From the NCBI GenBank assembly GCA_964016885.1, contig OZ024740.1, positions 18,538,001 to 18,602,000 of the forward strand: a DNA stretch of 64,000 bases. The letters are read 5' to 3'. Position 1 is the first letter of the stretch. Each line of letters opens with the position of its first letter. Positions 26,701 through 40,800 of this stretch are shown here, in pieces. This stretch comes from Eledone cirrhosa. Taxonomy: Eukaryota. A program made the translations under genes and the position numbers. Below the pieces are notes generated by a model. The model worked only from the letters and a program-made list of their open reading frames with translations, was not told the origin of the DNA and did not search any database.

Positions 26701-29700
26701 ATGTGTGTTATAATGTCCCAGTTGACCTATACTAAAGGGCTTCACTGATAGGGTTATGTGTGTTATAATGTCCCAGTTGACCTATACTAAAGGACTTCAC
26801 TGATAGTGTTATGTGTGTAATAATTTCCCAGTTGACCTATACTAAAGGACTTCACTGATAGGGTTATGTGTGTTATAACGTCCCAGTTGACCTATACTTA
26901 AGGGCTTCACTGATAGTGTTATGTGGGTTGTAATGTCCCAGTTGACCTATACTAAACGTCTTCACCGATAGTGTTATGTGTGTTATAATGTCCAAGTTGA
27001 CCTATACTAAAGGACTTCACTGATAGGGTTATGTGTTATAATGTCCCAGTTGACCTATACTAAAGGGCTTCACTGATAGGGTTATGTGTGTTACAATGTC
27101 CCAGTTGACCTATACTAAAGGGCTTCACTGATAATGTTATGTGTGTTATAATTTCCCAGTTGACCTATACTAACGGGCTTCACTGATAGGGTTATGTGTG
27201 TTATAATGTCCCAGTTGACCTATACTAAAGGATTTCACTGATAGTGTTATAGTGTTATAATGTCCCAGTTGACCTATACTAATGGATTTCACTGATAGTG
27301 TCATGTGTGTCATAATGTCCCAGTTGACCTATACTAAAGGGCTTCACTGATAGTGTTATGTGTGTTATAATGTCCCAGTTGACCTATACTAAAGGGCTTC
27401 ACTGATAGGGTTATGTGTGTTATAATGTCCCAGTTGACCTATAATAAAGGGCTTCACTGATAGGGTTATGTGTTATAATGTCCCAGTTGACCTATACTAA
27501 AGGGCTTCACTGATAGTGTTATGTGTGTTATAATGTCCCAGTTGACCTATACTAAAGGACTTCACTGATAGTGTTATGTGTGTTATAATGTCCCAGTTGA
27601 CCTATACTAAAGGACTTCACTGATAGGGTTATGTGTGTTATAATGTCCCAGTTGACCTATACTTAAGGGCTTCACTGATAGTGTTATGTGTGTTATAATG
27701 TCCCAGTTGAACTATACTAAAAGACTTGACTGATAGGGTTATGTGTTATAATGTCCCAGTTGACCTATACTAAAGGGCTTCACTGATAGTGTTATGTGTG
27801 TTATAATGTCCCAGTTGACCTATACAAAAGGGCTTCACTGATAGGGTTATGTGTGTTATAATGTCCCAGTTGACCTATACTAAAGGGCTTCACTGATAGT
27901 GTTATGTGTGTTATAATGTCCCAGTTGACCTATACTAAAGGACTTCACTGATATGGTTATGTGTGTTATAATGTCCCAGTTGACCTATACTAAAGGACTT
28001 CACTGATAGTGTTATGTGTTATAATGTCTCAGTTGACCTATACTAAAGGACTTCACTGATAGGGTTATGTGTGTTATAATGTCCCAGTTGACCTATACTA
28101 ATGGGCTTCACTGATAGTGTTATGTGTGTTATACTGTCCAAGTTGACCTATACTAAAAAGCTTCACTGATAGTGTTATGTGTGTTATAATTTCCCAGTTG
28201 ACCTATATTAACGGGCTTCACTGATAGTGTTATGTGTGTTATAATGTCCCAGTTGACCTATACTAAAGGGCTTCACTCATAGTGTTATGTGTTATAATGT
28301 CCCAGTTGACCTATACTAAAGGGCTTCACTGATAGGGTTATGTGTGTTATAATGTCCCCGTTGACCTATACTAATGAATTTCACTGATAGTGTCATGTGT
28401 GTTATAATTTCCCAGTTGACCTATACTAAAGGGCTTCACTGATAGTGTTATGTGTGTTATAATGTCCCAGTTGACCTATACTAAAGGGCTTCACTGATAG
28501 TGTAATGTGTGTTATAATGTCCCAGTTGACCTATACTAAAGGGCTTCACTCATAGTGTTATGTGTTATAATGTCCCAGTTGACCTATACTAAAGGGCTTC
28601 ACTGATAGGGTTATGTGTGTCATAATGTTCCAGTTGACCTATACTAATGGATTTCACTGATAGTGTCATGTGTGTTATAATGTCCCAGTTGACCTATACT
28701 AAAGGGCTTCACTGATAGTGTTATGTGTGTTATAATGTCCCAGTTGACCTATACTAAAGGGCTTCACTGATAGGGTTATGTGTGTTATAATGTCCCAGTT
28801 GACCTATAGTAAAGGATTTCACTGATAGTGTTATAGTGTTATAATGTCCCAGTTGACCTATACTAAAGGACTTCACTGATAGGGTTATGTGTGTTATAAT
28901 GTCCCAGTTGACCTATACTAAAGGGCTTCACTGATAGGGTTATGTGTGTTATAATGTCCCAGTTGACCTATACTAAAGGACTTCACTGATAGTGTTATGT
29001 GTGTAATAATTTCCCAGTTGACCTATACTAAAGCACTTCACTGATAGGGTTATGTGTGTTATAATGTCCCAGTTGACCTATACTTAAGGGCTTCACTGAT
29101 AGTGTTATGTGGGTTGTAATGTCCCAGTTGACCTATACTAAACGTCTTCACCGATAGTGTTATGTGTGTTATAATGTCCAAGTTGACCTATACTAAAGGA
29201 CTTCACTGATAGGGTTATGTGTTATAATGTCCCAGTTGACCTATACTAAAGGGCTTCACTGATAGGGTTATGTGTGTTACAATGTCCCAGTTGACCTATA
29301 CTAAAGGGCTTCACTGATAATGTTATGTGTGTTATAATTTCCCAGTTGACCTATACTAACGGGCTTCACTGATAGGGTTATGTGTGTTATAATGTCCCAG
29401 TTGACCTATACTAAAGGATTTCACTGATAGTGTTATAGTGTTATAATGTCCCAGTTGACCTATACTAATGGATTTCACTGATAGTGTCATGTGTGTCATA
29501 ATGTCCCAGTTGACCTATACTAAAGGGCTTCACTGATAGTGTTATGTGTGTTATAATGTCCCAGTTGACCTATACTAAAGGGCTTCACTGATAGGGTTAT
29601 GTGTGTTATAATGTCCCAGTTGACCTATAATAAAGGGCTTCACTGATAGGGTTATGTGTTATAATGTCCCAGTTGACCTATACTAAAGGGCTTCACTGAT

Positions 29701-32700
29701 AGTGTTATGTGTGTTATAATGTCCCAGTTGACCTATACTAAAGGACTTCACTGATAGTGTTATGTGTGTTATAATGTCCCAGTTGACCTATACTAAAGGA
29801 CTTCACTGATAGGGTTATGTGTGTTATAATTTCCCAGTTGACCCATACTAAAGGACTTCACTGATAGGGTTATGTGTGTTATAATGTCCCAGTTGACCTA
29901 TACTTAAGGGCTTCACTGATAGTGTTATGTGTGTTATAATGTCCCAGTTGAACTATACTAAAAGACTTGACTGATAGGGTTATGTGTTATAATGTCCCAG
30001 TTGACCTATACTAAAGGGCTTCACTGATAGTGTTATGTGTGTTATAATGTCCCAGTTGACCTATACAAAAGGGCTTCACTGATAGGGTTATGTGTGTTAT
30101 AATGTCCCAGTTGACCTATACTAAAGGGCTTCACTGATAGTGTTATGTGTGTTATAATGTCCCAGTTGACCTATACTAAAGGACTTCACTGATATGGTTA
30201 TGTGTGTTATAATGTCCCAGTTGACCTATACTAAAGGACTTCACTGATAGTGTTATGTGTTATAATGTCTCAGTTGACCTATACTAAAGGACTTCACTGA
30301 TAGGGTTATGTGTGTTATAATGTCCCAGTTGACCTATACTAATGGGCTTCACTGATAGTGTTATGTGTGTTATACTGTCCAAGTTGACCTATACTAAAAA
30401 GCTTCACTGATAGTGTTATGTGTTTTATAATTTCCCATTTGACCTATATTAACGGGCTTCACTGATAGTGTTATGTGTGTTATAATGTCCCAGTTGACCT
30501 ATACTAAAGGGCTTCACTGATAGTGTTATATGTGTTATAATGTCCCAGTTGACCTATACTAAAGGGCTTCACTCATAGTGTTATGTGTTATAATCTACCA
30601 GTTGACTTATACTAAAGGACTTCACTGATAGTGTTATAGTGTTATAATGTCCCAGTTGACCTATACTAAAGGGCTTCACTCATAGTGTTATGTGTTATAA
30701 TGTCCCAGTTGACCTATACTAAAGGGCTTCACTGATAGGGTTATGTGTGTTATAATGTCCCCGTTGACCTATACTAATGAATTTCACTGATAGTGTCATG
30801 TGTGTTATAATTTCCCATTTGACCTATACTAAAGGGCTTCACTGATAGTGTTATGTGTGTTATAATGTCCCAGTTGACCTATACTAAAGGGCTTCACTGA
30901 TAGTGTTATGTGTGTTATAATGTCCCAGTTGACCTATACTAAAGGGTTTCACTCATAGTGTTATGTGTTATAATGTCCCAGTTGACCTATACTAAAGGGC
31001 TTCACTGATAGGGTTATGTGTGTTATAATGTCCCAGTTGACCTATACTAATGGATTTCACTGATAGTGTCATGTGTGTTATAATGTCCCAGTTGACCTAT
31101 ACTAAAGGGCTTCACTGATAGTGTTATGTGTGTTATAATGTCCCAGTTGACCTATACTAAAGGGCTTCACTGATAGGGTTATGTGTGTTATAATGTCCCA
31201 GTTGACCTATAGTAAAGGATTTCACTGATAGTGTTATAGTGTTATAACGTCCCAGTTGACCTATACTAAAGGACTTCACTGATAGGGTTATGTGTGTTAT
31301 AATGTCCCAGTTGACCTATACTAAAGGGCTTCACTGATAGGGTTATGTGTGTTATAATGTCCCAGTTGACCTATACTAAAGGACTTCACTGATAGTGTTA
31401 TGTGTGTAATAATTTCCCAGTTGACCTATACTAAAGGACTTCACTGATAGGGTTATGTGTGTTATAACGTCCCAGTTGACCTATACTTAAGGGCTTCACT
31501 GATAGTGTTATGTGGGTTGTAATGTCCCAGTTGACCTATACTAAACGTCTTCACCGATAGTGTTATGTGTGTTATAATGTCCAAGTTGACCTATACTAAA
31601 GGACTTCACTGATAGGGTTATGTGTTATAATGTCCCAGTTGACCTATACTAAAGGGCTTCACTGATAGGGTTATGTGTGTTACAATGTCCCAGTTGACCT
31701 ATACCAAAGGGCTTCACTGATAATGTTATGTGTGTTATAATTTCCCAGTTGACCTATACTAACGGGCTTCACTGATAGGGTTATGTGTGTTATAATGTCC
31801 CAGTTGACCTATACTAAAGGATTTCACTGATAGTGTTATAGTGTTATAATGTCCCAGTTGACCTATACTAATGGATTTCACTGATAGTGTCATGTGTGTC
31901 ATAATGTCCCAGTTGACCTATACTAAAGGGCTTCACTGATAGTGTTATGTGTGTTATAATGTCCCAGTTGACCTATAATAAAGGGCTTCACTGATAGGGT
32001 TATGTGTTATAATGTCCCAGTTGACCTATACTAAAGGGCTTCACTGATAGTGTTATGTGTGTTATAATGTCCCAGTTGACCTATACTAAAGGACTTCACT
32101 GATAGTGTTATGTGTGTTATAATGTCCCAGTTGACCTATACTAAAGGACTTCACTGATAGGGTTATGTGTGTTATAATTTCCCAGTTGACCCATACTAAA
32201 GGACTTCACTGATAGGGTTATGTGTGTTATAATGTCCCAGTTGACCTATACTTAAGGGCTTCACTGATAGTGTTATGTGTGTTATAATGTCCCAGTTGAA
32301 CTATACTAAAAGACTTGACTGATAGGGTTATGTGTTATAATGTCCCAGTTGACCTATACTAAAGGGCTTCACTGATAGTGTTATGTGTGTTATAATGTCC
32401 CAGTTGACCTATACAAAAGGGCTTCACTGATAGGGTTATGTGTGTTATAATGTCCCAGTTGACCTATACTAAAGGGCTTCACTGATAGTGTTATGTGTGT
32501 TATAATGTCCCAGTTGACCTATACTAAAGGACTTCACTGATATGGTTATGTGTGTTATAATGTCCCAGTTGACCTATACTAAAGGACTTCACTGATAGTG
32601 TTATGTGTTATAATGTCTCAGTTGACCTATACTAAAGGACTTCACTGATAGGGTTATGTGTGTTATAATGTCCCAGTTGACCTATACTAATGGGCTTCAC

Positions 32701-35700
32701 TGATAGTGTTATGTGTGTTATACTGTCCAAGTTGACCTATACTAAAAAGCTTCACTGATAGTGTTATGTGTGTTATAATTTCCCAGTTGACCTATATTAA
32801 CGGGCTTCACTGATAGTGTTATGTGTGTTATAATGTCCCAGTTGACCTATACTAAAGGGCTTCACTGATAGTGTTATATGTGATATAATGTCCCAGTTGA
32901 CCTATACTAAAGGGCTTCACTCATAGTGTTATGTGTTATAATGTACCAGTTGACTTATACTAAAGGACTTCACTGATAGTGTTATAGTGTTATAATGTCC
33001 CAGTTGACCTATACTAAAGGGCTTCACTCATAGTGTTATGTGTTATAATGTCCCAGTTGACCTATACTAAAGGGCTTCACTGATAGGGTTATGTGTGTTA
33101 TAATGTCCCCGTTGACCTATACTAATGAATTTCACTGATAGTGTCATGTGTGTTATAATTTCCCAGTTGACCTATACTAAAGGGCTTCACTGATAGTGTT
33201 ATGTGTGTTATAATGTCCCAGTTGACCTATACTAAAGGGCTTCACTGATAGTGTAATGTGTGTTATAATGTCCCAGTTGACCTATACTAAAGGGCTTCAC
33301 TCATAGTGTTATGTGTTATAATGTCCCAGTTGACCTATACTAAAGGGCTTCACTGATAGGGTTATGTGTGTCATAATGTTCCAGTTGACCTATACTAATG
33401 GATTTCACTGATAGTGTCATGTGTGTTATAATGTCCCAGTTGACCTATACTAAAGGGCTTCACTGATAGTGTTATGTGTGTTATAATGTCCCAGTTGACC
33501 TATACTAAAGGGCTTCACTGATAGGGTTATGTGTGTTATAATGTCCCAGTTGACCTATAGTAAAGGATTTCACTGATAGTGTTATAGTGTTATAATGTCC
33601 CAGTTGACCTATACTAAAGGACTTCACTGATAGGGTTATGTGTGTTATAATGTCCCAGTTGACCTATACTAAAGGGCTTCACTGATAGGGTTATGTGTGT
33701 TATAATGTCCCAGTTGACCTATACTAAAGGACTTCACTGATAGTGTTATGTGTGTAATAATTTCCCAGTTGACCTATACTAAAGCACTTCACTGATAGGG
33801 TTATGTGTGTTATAATGTCCCAGTTGACCTATACTTAAGGGCTTCACTGATAGTGTTATGTGGGTTGTAATGTCCCAGTTGACCTATACTAAACGTCTTC
33901 ACCGATAGTGTTATGTGTGTTATAATGTCCAAGTTGACCTATACTAAAGGACTTCACTGATAGGGTTATGTGTTATAATGTCCCAGTTGACCTATACTAA
34001 AGGGCTTCACTGATAGGGTTATGTGTGTTACAATGTCCCAGTTGACCTATACTAAAGGGCTTCACTGATAATGTTATGTGTGTTATAATTTCCCAGTTGA
34101 CCTATACTAACGGGCTTCACTGATAGGGTTATGTGTGTTATAATGTCCCAGTTGACCTATACTAAAGGATTTCACTGATAGTGTTATAGTGTTATAATGT
34201 CCCAGTTGACCTATACTAATGGATTTCACTGATAGTGTCATGTGTGTCATAATGTCCCAGTTGACCTATACTAAAGGGCTTCACTGATAGTGTTATGTGT
34301 GTTATAATGTCCCAGTTGACCTATACTAAAGGGCTTCACTGATAGGGTTATGTGTGTTATAATGTCCCAGTTGACCTATAATAAAGGGCTTCACTGATAG
34401 GGTTATGTGTTATAATGTCCCAGTTGACCTATACTAAAGGGCTTCACTGATAGTGTTATGTGTGTTATAATGTCCCAGTTGACCTATACTAAAGGACTTC
34501 ACTGATAGTGTTATGTGTGTTATAATGTCCCAGTTGACCTATACTAAAGGACTTCACTGATAGGGTTATGTGTGTTATAATTTCCCAGTTGACCCATACT
34601 AAAGGACTTCACTGATAGGGTTATGTGTGTTATAATGTCCCAGTTGACCTATACTTAAGGGCTTCACTGATAGTGTTATGTGTGTTATAATGTCCCAGTT
34701 GAACTATACTAAAAGACTTGACTGATAGGGTTATGTGTTATAATGTCCCAGTTGACCTATACTAAAGGGCTTCACTGATAGTGTTATGTGTGTTATAATG
34801 TCCCAGTTGACCTATACAAAAGGGCTTCACTGATAGGGTTATGTGTGTTATAATGTCCCAGTTGACCTATACTAAAGGGCTTCACTGATAGTGTTATGTG
34901 TGTTATAATGTCCCAGTTGACCTATACTAAAGGACTTCACTGATATGGTTATGTGTGTTATAATGTCCCAGTTGACCTATACTAAAGGACTTCACTGATA
35001 GTGTTATGTGTTATAATGTCTCAGTTGACCTATACTAAAGGACTTCACTGATAGGGTTATGTGTGTTATAATGTCCCAGTTGACCTATACTAATGGGCTT
35101 CACTGATAGTGTTATGTGTGTTATACTGTCCAAGTTGACCTATACTAAAAAGCTTCACTGATAGTGTTATGTGTGTTATAATTTCCCATTTGACCTATAT
35201 TAACGGGCTTCACTGATAGTGTTATGTGTGTTATAATGTCCCAGTTGACCTATACTAAAGGGCTTCACTGATAGTGTTATATGTGTTATAATGTCCCAGT
35301 TGACCTATACTAAAGGGCTTCACTCATAGTGTTATGTGTTATAATCTACCAGTTGACTTATACTAAAGGACTTCACTGATAGTGTTATAGTGTTATAATG
35401 TCCCAGTTGACCTATACTAAAGGGCTTCACTCATAGTGTTATGTGTTATAATGTCCCAGTTGACCTATACTAAAGGGCTTCACTGATAGGGTTATGTGTG
35501 TTATAATGTCCCCGTTGACCTATACTAATGAATTTCACTGATAGTGTCATGTGTGTTATAATTTCCCATTTGACCTATACTAAAGGGCTTCACTGATAGT
35601 GTTATGTGTGTTATAATGTCCCAGTTGACCTATACTAAAGGGCTTCACTGATAGTGTTATGTGTGTTATAATGTCCCAGTTGACCTATACTAAAGGGTTT

Positions 35701-37850
35701 CACTCATAGTGTTATGTGTTATAATGTCCCAGTTGACCTATACTAAAGGGCTTCACTGATAGGGTTATGTGTGTTATAATGTCCCAGTTGACCTATACTA
35801 ATGGATTTCACTGATAGTGTCATGTGTGTTATAATGTCCCAGTTGACCTATACTAAAGGGCTTCACTGATAGTGTTATGTGTGTTATAATGTCCCAGTTG
35901 ACCTATACTAAAGGGCTTCACTGATAGGGTTATGTGTGTTATAATGTCCCAGTTGACCTATAGTAAAGGATTTCACTGATAGTGTTATAGTGTTATAACG
36001 TCCCAGTTGACCTATACTAAAGGACTTCACTGATAGGGTTATGTGTGTTATAATGTCCCAGTTGACCTATACTAAAGGGCTTCACTGATAGGGTTATGTG
36101 TGTTATAATGTCCCAGTTGACCTATACTAAAGGACTTCACTGATAGTGTTATGTGTGTAATAATTTCCCAGTTGACCTATACTAAAGGACTTCACTGATA
36201 GGGTTATGTGTGTTATAACGTCCCAGTTGACCTATACTTAAGGGCTTCACTGATAGTGTTATGTGGGTTGTAATGTCCCAGTTGACCTATACTAAACGTC
36301 TTCACCGATAGTGTTATGTGTGTTATAATGTCCAAGTTGACCTATACTAAAGGACTTCACTGATAGGGTTATGTGTTATAATGTCCCAGTTGACCTATAC
36401 TAAAGGGCTTCACTGATAGGGTTATGTGTGTTACAATGTCCCAGTTGACCTATACCAAAGGGCTTCACTGATAATGTTATGTGTGTTATAATTTCCCAGT
36501 TGACCTATACTAACGGGCTTCACTGATAGGGTTATGTGTGTTATAATGTCCCAGTTGACCTATACTAAAGGATTTCACTGATAGTGTTATAGTGTTATAA
36601 TGTCCCAGTTGACCTATACTAATGGATTTCACTGATAGTGTCATGTGTGTCATAATGTCCCAGTTGACCTATACTAAAGGGCTTCACTGATAGTGTTATG
36701 TGTGTTATAATATCCCAGTTGACCTATAATAAAGGGCTTCACTGATAGGGTTATGTGTTATAATGTCCCAGTTGACCTATACTAAAGGGCTTCACTGATA
36801 GTGTTATGTGTGTTATAATGTCCCAGTTGACCTATACTAAAGGACTTCACTGATAGTGTTATGTGTGTTATAATGTCCCAGTTGACCTATACTAAAGGAC
36901 TTCACTGATAGGGTTATGTGTGTTATAATTTCCCAGTTGACCCATACTAAAGGACTTCACTGATAGGGTTATGTGTGTTATAATGTCCCAGTTGACCTAT
37001 ACTTAAGGGCTTCACTGATAGTGTTATGTGTGTTATAATGTCCCAGTTGAACTATACTAAAAGACTTGACTGATAGGGTTATGTGTTATAATGTCCCAGT
37101 TGACCTATACTAAACGGCTTCACTGATAGTGTTATGTGTGTTATAATGTCCCAGTTGACCTATACAAAAGGGCTTCACTGATAGGGTTATGTGTGTTATA
37201 ATGTCCCAGTTGACCTATACTAAAGGGCTTCACTGATAGTGTTATGTGTGTTATAATGTCCCAGTTGACCTATACTAAAGGACTTCACTGATATGGTTAT
37301 GTGTGTTATAATGTCCCAGTTGACCTATACTAAAGGACTTCACTGATAGTGTTATGTGTTATAATGTCTCAGTTGACCTATACTAAAGGACTTCACTGAT
37401 AGGGTTATGTGTGTTATAATGTCCCAGTTGACCTATACTAATGGGCTTCACTGATAGTGTTATGTGTGTTATACTGTCCAAGTTGACCTATACTAAAAAG
37501 CTTCACTGATAGTGTTATGTGTGTTATAATTTCCCAGTTGACCTATATTAACGGGCTTCACTGATAGTGTTATGTGTGTTATAATGTCCCAGTTGACCTA
37601 TACTAAAGGGCTTCACTGATAGTGTTATATGTGATATAATGTCCCAGTTGACCTATACTAAAGGGCTTCACTCATAGTGTTATGTGTTATAATGTACCAG
37701 TTGACTTATACTAAAGGACTTCACTGATAGTGTTATAGTGTTATAATGTCCCAGTTGACCTATACTAAAGGGCTTCACTCATAGTGTTATGTGTTATAAT
37801 GTCCCAGTTGACCTATACTAAAGGGCTTCACTGATAGGGTTATGTGTGTT
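20760..37850. repeat. HOR domain B: 2,403-bp (44-monomer) unit with deletion variants, about 7 copies
   Basis: AAACGTCTTCACCGAT at 21384, 22805, 24606, 26954, 29140, 31543, 33891, 36294. AAGCTT at 23462, 25810, 28158, 30399, 32747, 35150, 37498 (spacings 2348, 2348, 2241, 2348, 2403, 2348). Confidence 0.93.
28240..37850. repeat. 4,751-bp tandem duplication (dimer of HOR B units, 2403+2348)
   Basis: Private variants recur exactly 4,751 bp apart: AAGCAC 29031/33782, ATACCAAAG 31701/36452, TGATATAAT 32881/37632. Confidence 0.92.
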
Positions 37851-40800
37851 ATAATGTCCCAGTTGACCTATACTAATGAATTTCACTGATAGTGTCATGT
37901 GTGTTATAATGTCCCAGTTGACCTATACTAAAGGGCTTCACTGATAGTGTTATGTGTGTTATAATGTCCCAGTTGACCTATACTAAAGGATTTCACTGAT
38001 AGTGTTATAGTGTTATAATGTCCCAGTTGACCTATACTAAAGGACTTCACAGATAGGGTTATGTGTGTTATAATGTCCCAGTTGACCTATACTAAAGGGC
38101 TTCACTGATAGGGTTATGTGTGTTATAATGTCCCAGTTGACCTATACTAAAGGACTTCATTGATAGGGTTATGTGTGTTATAATTTCCCAGTTGACCTAT
38201 ACTAATGGACTTCACTGATAGGGTTATGTGTGTTATAATGTCCCAGTTGACCTATACTTAAGGGCTTCACTGATAGTGTTATGTGGGTTGTAATGTCCCA
38301 GTTGACCTATACTAAACGTCTTCACCGATAGTGTTATGTGTGTTATAATGTCCAAGTTGACCTATACTAAAGGACTTCACTGATAGGGTTATGTGTTATA
38401 ATGTCCCAGTTGACCTATTCTAAAGGGCTTCACTGATAGGGTTATGTGTGTTATAATGTCCCAGTTGACCTATACTAAAGGGCTTCACTGATAATGTTAT
38501 GTGTGTTAAAATTTCCCAGTTGACCTATACTAACGGGCTTCACTGATAGGGTTATGTGTGTTATAATGTCCCAGTTGACCTATACTAAAGGATTTCACTG
38601 ATAGTGTTATAGTGTTATAATGTCCCAGTTGACCTATACTAATGGATTTCACTGATAGTGTCATGTGTGTTATAATGTCCCAGTTGACCTATACTAAAGG
38701 GCTTCACTGATAGTGTTATGTGTGTTATAATGTCCCAGTTGACCTATACTAAAGGGCTTCACTGATAGGGTTATGTGTGTTATAATGTCCCAGTTGACCT
38801 ATACTTAAGGGCTTCACTGATAGTGTTATGTGTGTTATAATGTCCCAGTTGACCTATACTAAAGGGCTTCACTGATAGTGTTATGTGTGTTATAATGTCT
38901 CAGTTGACCTATACTAAAGGACTTCACTGATAGTGTTATGTGTGTTATAATGTCCCAGTTGACCTATACTAAAGGACTTCACTGATAGGGTTATGTGTGT
39001 TATAATGTCCCAGTTGACCTATACTAAAGGACTTCACTGATAGTGTTATGTGTTATAATGTCCCAGTTGACCTATACTAAAGGGCTTCACTGATAGTGTT
39101 ATGTGTGTTATAATGTCTCAGTTGACCTATACTAATGGATTTCACTGATAGTGTCATGTGTGTTATAATGTCTCAGTTGACCTATACTAAAGGGCTTCAC
39201 TGACAGGGTTATGTGTTATAATGTCCCAGTTGACTTATACTAAAGGACTTCACTGATAGTGTTATAGTGTTATAATGTCCCAGTTGACCTATACTAAAGG
39301 ACTTCAATGATAGTGTTATGTGTGTTATAATGTCCCAGTTGACCTATACTAAAGGACTTCACTGATAGGGTTATGTGTGTTATAATTTCCCAGTTGACCC
39401 ATACTAAAGGACTTCACTGATAGGTTTATGTGTGTTATAATGTCCCAGTTGACCTATACTTAAGGGCTTCACTGATAGTGTTATGTGTGTTATAATGTCC
39501 CAGTTGAACTATACTAAAAGACTTCACTGATAGGGTTATGTGTTATAATGTCCCAGTTGACCTATACTAAAGGGCTTCACTGATAGTGTTATGTGTGTTA
39601 TAATGTCCCTGTTGCCTATACTAAAGGGCTTCACTGATAGGGTTATGTGTGTTATAATGTCCCAGTTGACCTATACTAAAGGGCTTCACTGATAGTGTTA
39701 TGTGTGTTATAATGTCCCAGTTGACCTATACTAAAGGACTTCACTGATAGTGTTATGTGTGTTATAATGTCCCAGTTGACCTATACTAAAGGACTTAACT
39801 GATATGGTTATGTGCGTTATAATGTCCCAGTTGACCTATACTAAAGGACTTCACTGATAGTGTTACGTGTTATAATGTCTCATTTGACCTATACTAAAGG
39901 GCTTCACTGATAGTGTTATGTGTGTTATAATGTCCCAGTTGACCTATACTAAAGGGCTTCACTGATAGGGTTATGTGTGTTATAATGTCCCAGTTGACCT
40001 ATACTAATGAATTTCACTGATAGTGTTATGTGTGTTATAATGTCCCAGTTGACCTATACTAAAGGACTTCACTGATAGTGTTATGTGTTATAATGTCCCA
40101 GTTGACCTATACTAAAGGGCTTCACTGATAGTGTTATGTGTGTTATAATGTCCCAGTTGACCTATACTAATGGATTTCACTGATAGTGTCATGTGTGTTA
40201 TAATGTCTCAGTTGACCTATACTAAAGGGCTTCACTGACAGGGTTATGTGTTATAATGTCCCAGTTGACTTATACTAAAGGACTTCACTGATAGTGTTAT
40301 GTGTTATAATGTCCCAGTTGACCTATACTAAAGACTTCACTGATAGTGTTATGTGTTATAATGTCCCAGTTGACCTATACTAAAGGGCTTCACTCATAGT
40401 GTTATGTGTTATAATGTACCAGTTGACTTATACTAAAGGACTTCACTGATAGTGTTATAGTGTTATAATGTCCCAGTTGACCTATACTAAAGGGCTTCAC
40501 TCATAGTGTTATGTGTTATAATGTCCCAGTTGACCTATACTAAAGGGCTTCACTGATAGGGTTATGTGTGTTATAATGTCCCCGTTGACCTATACTAATG
40601 AATTTCACTGATAGTGTCATGTGTGTTATAATTTCCCAGTTGACCTATACTAAAGGGCTTCACTGATAGTGTTATGTGTGTTATAATGTCCCAGTTGACC
40701 TATACTTAAGGGCTTCACTGATAGTGTTATGTGTGTTATAATGTCCCAGTTGAACTATACTAAAAGACATCACTGATAGTGTTATGTGTGTTATAATGTC

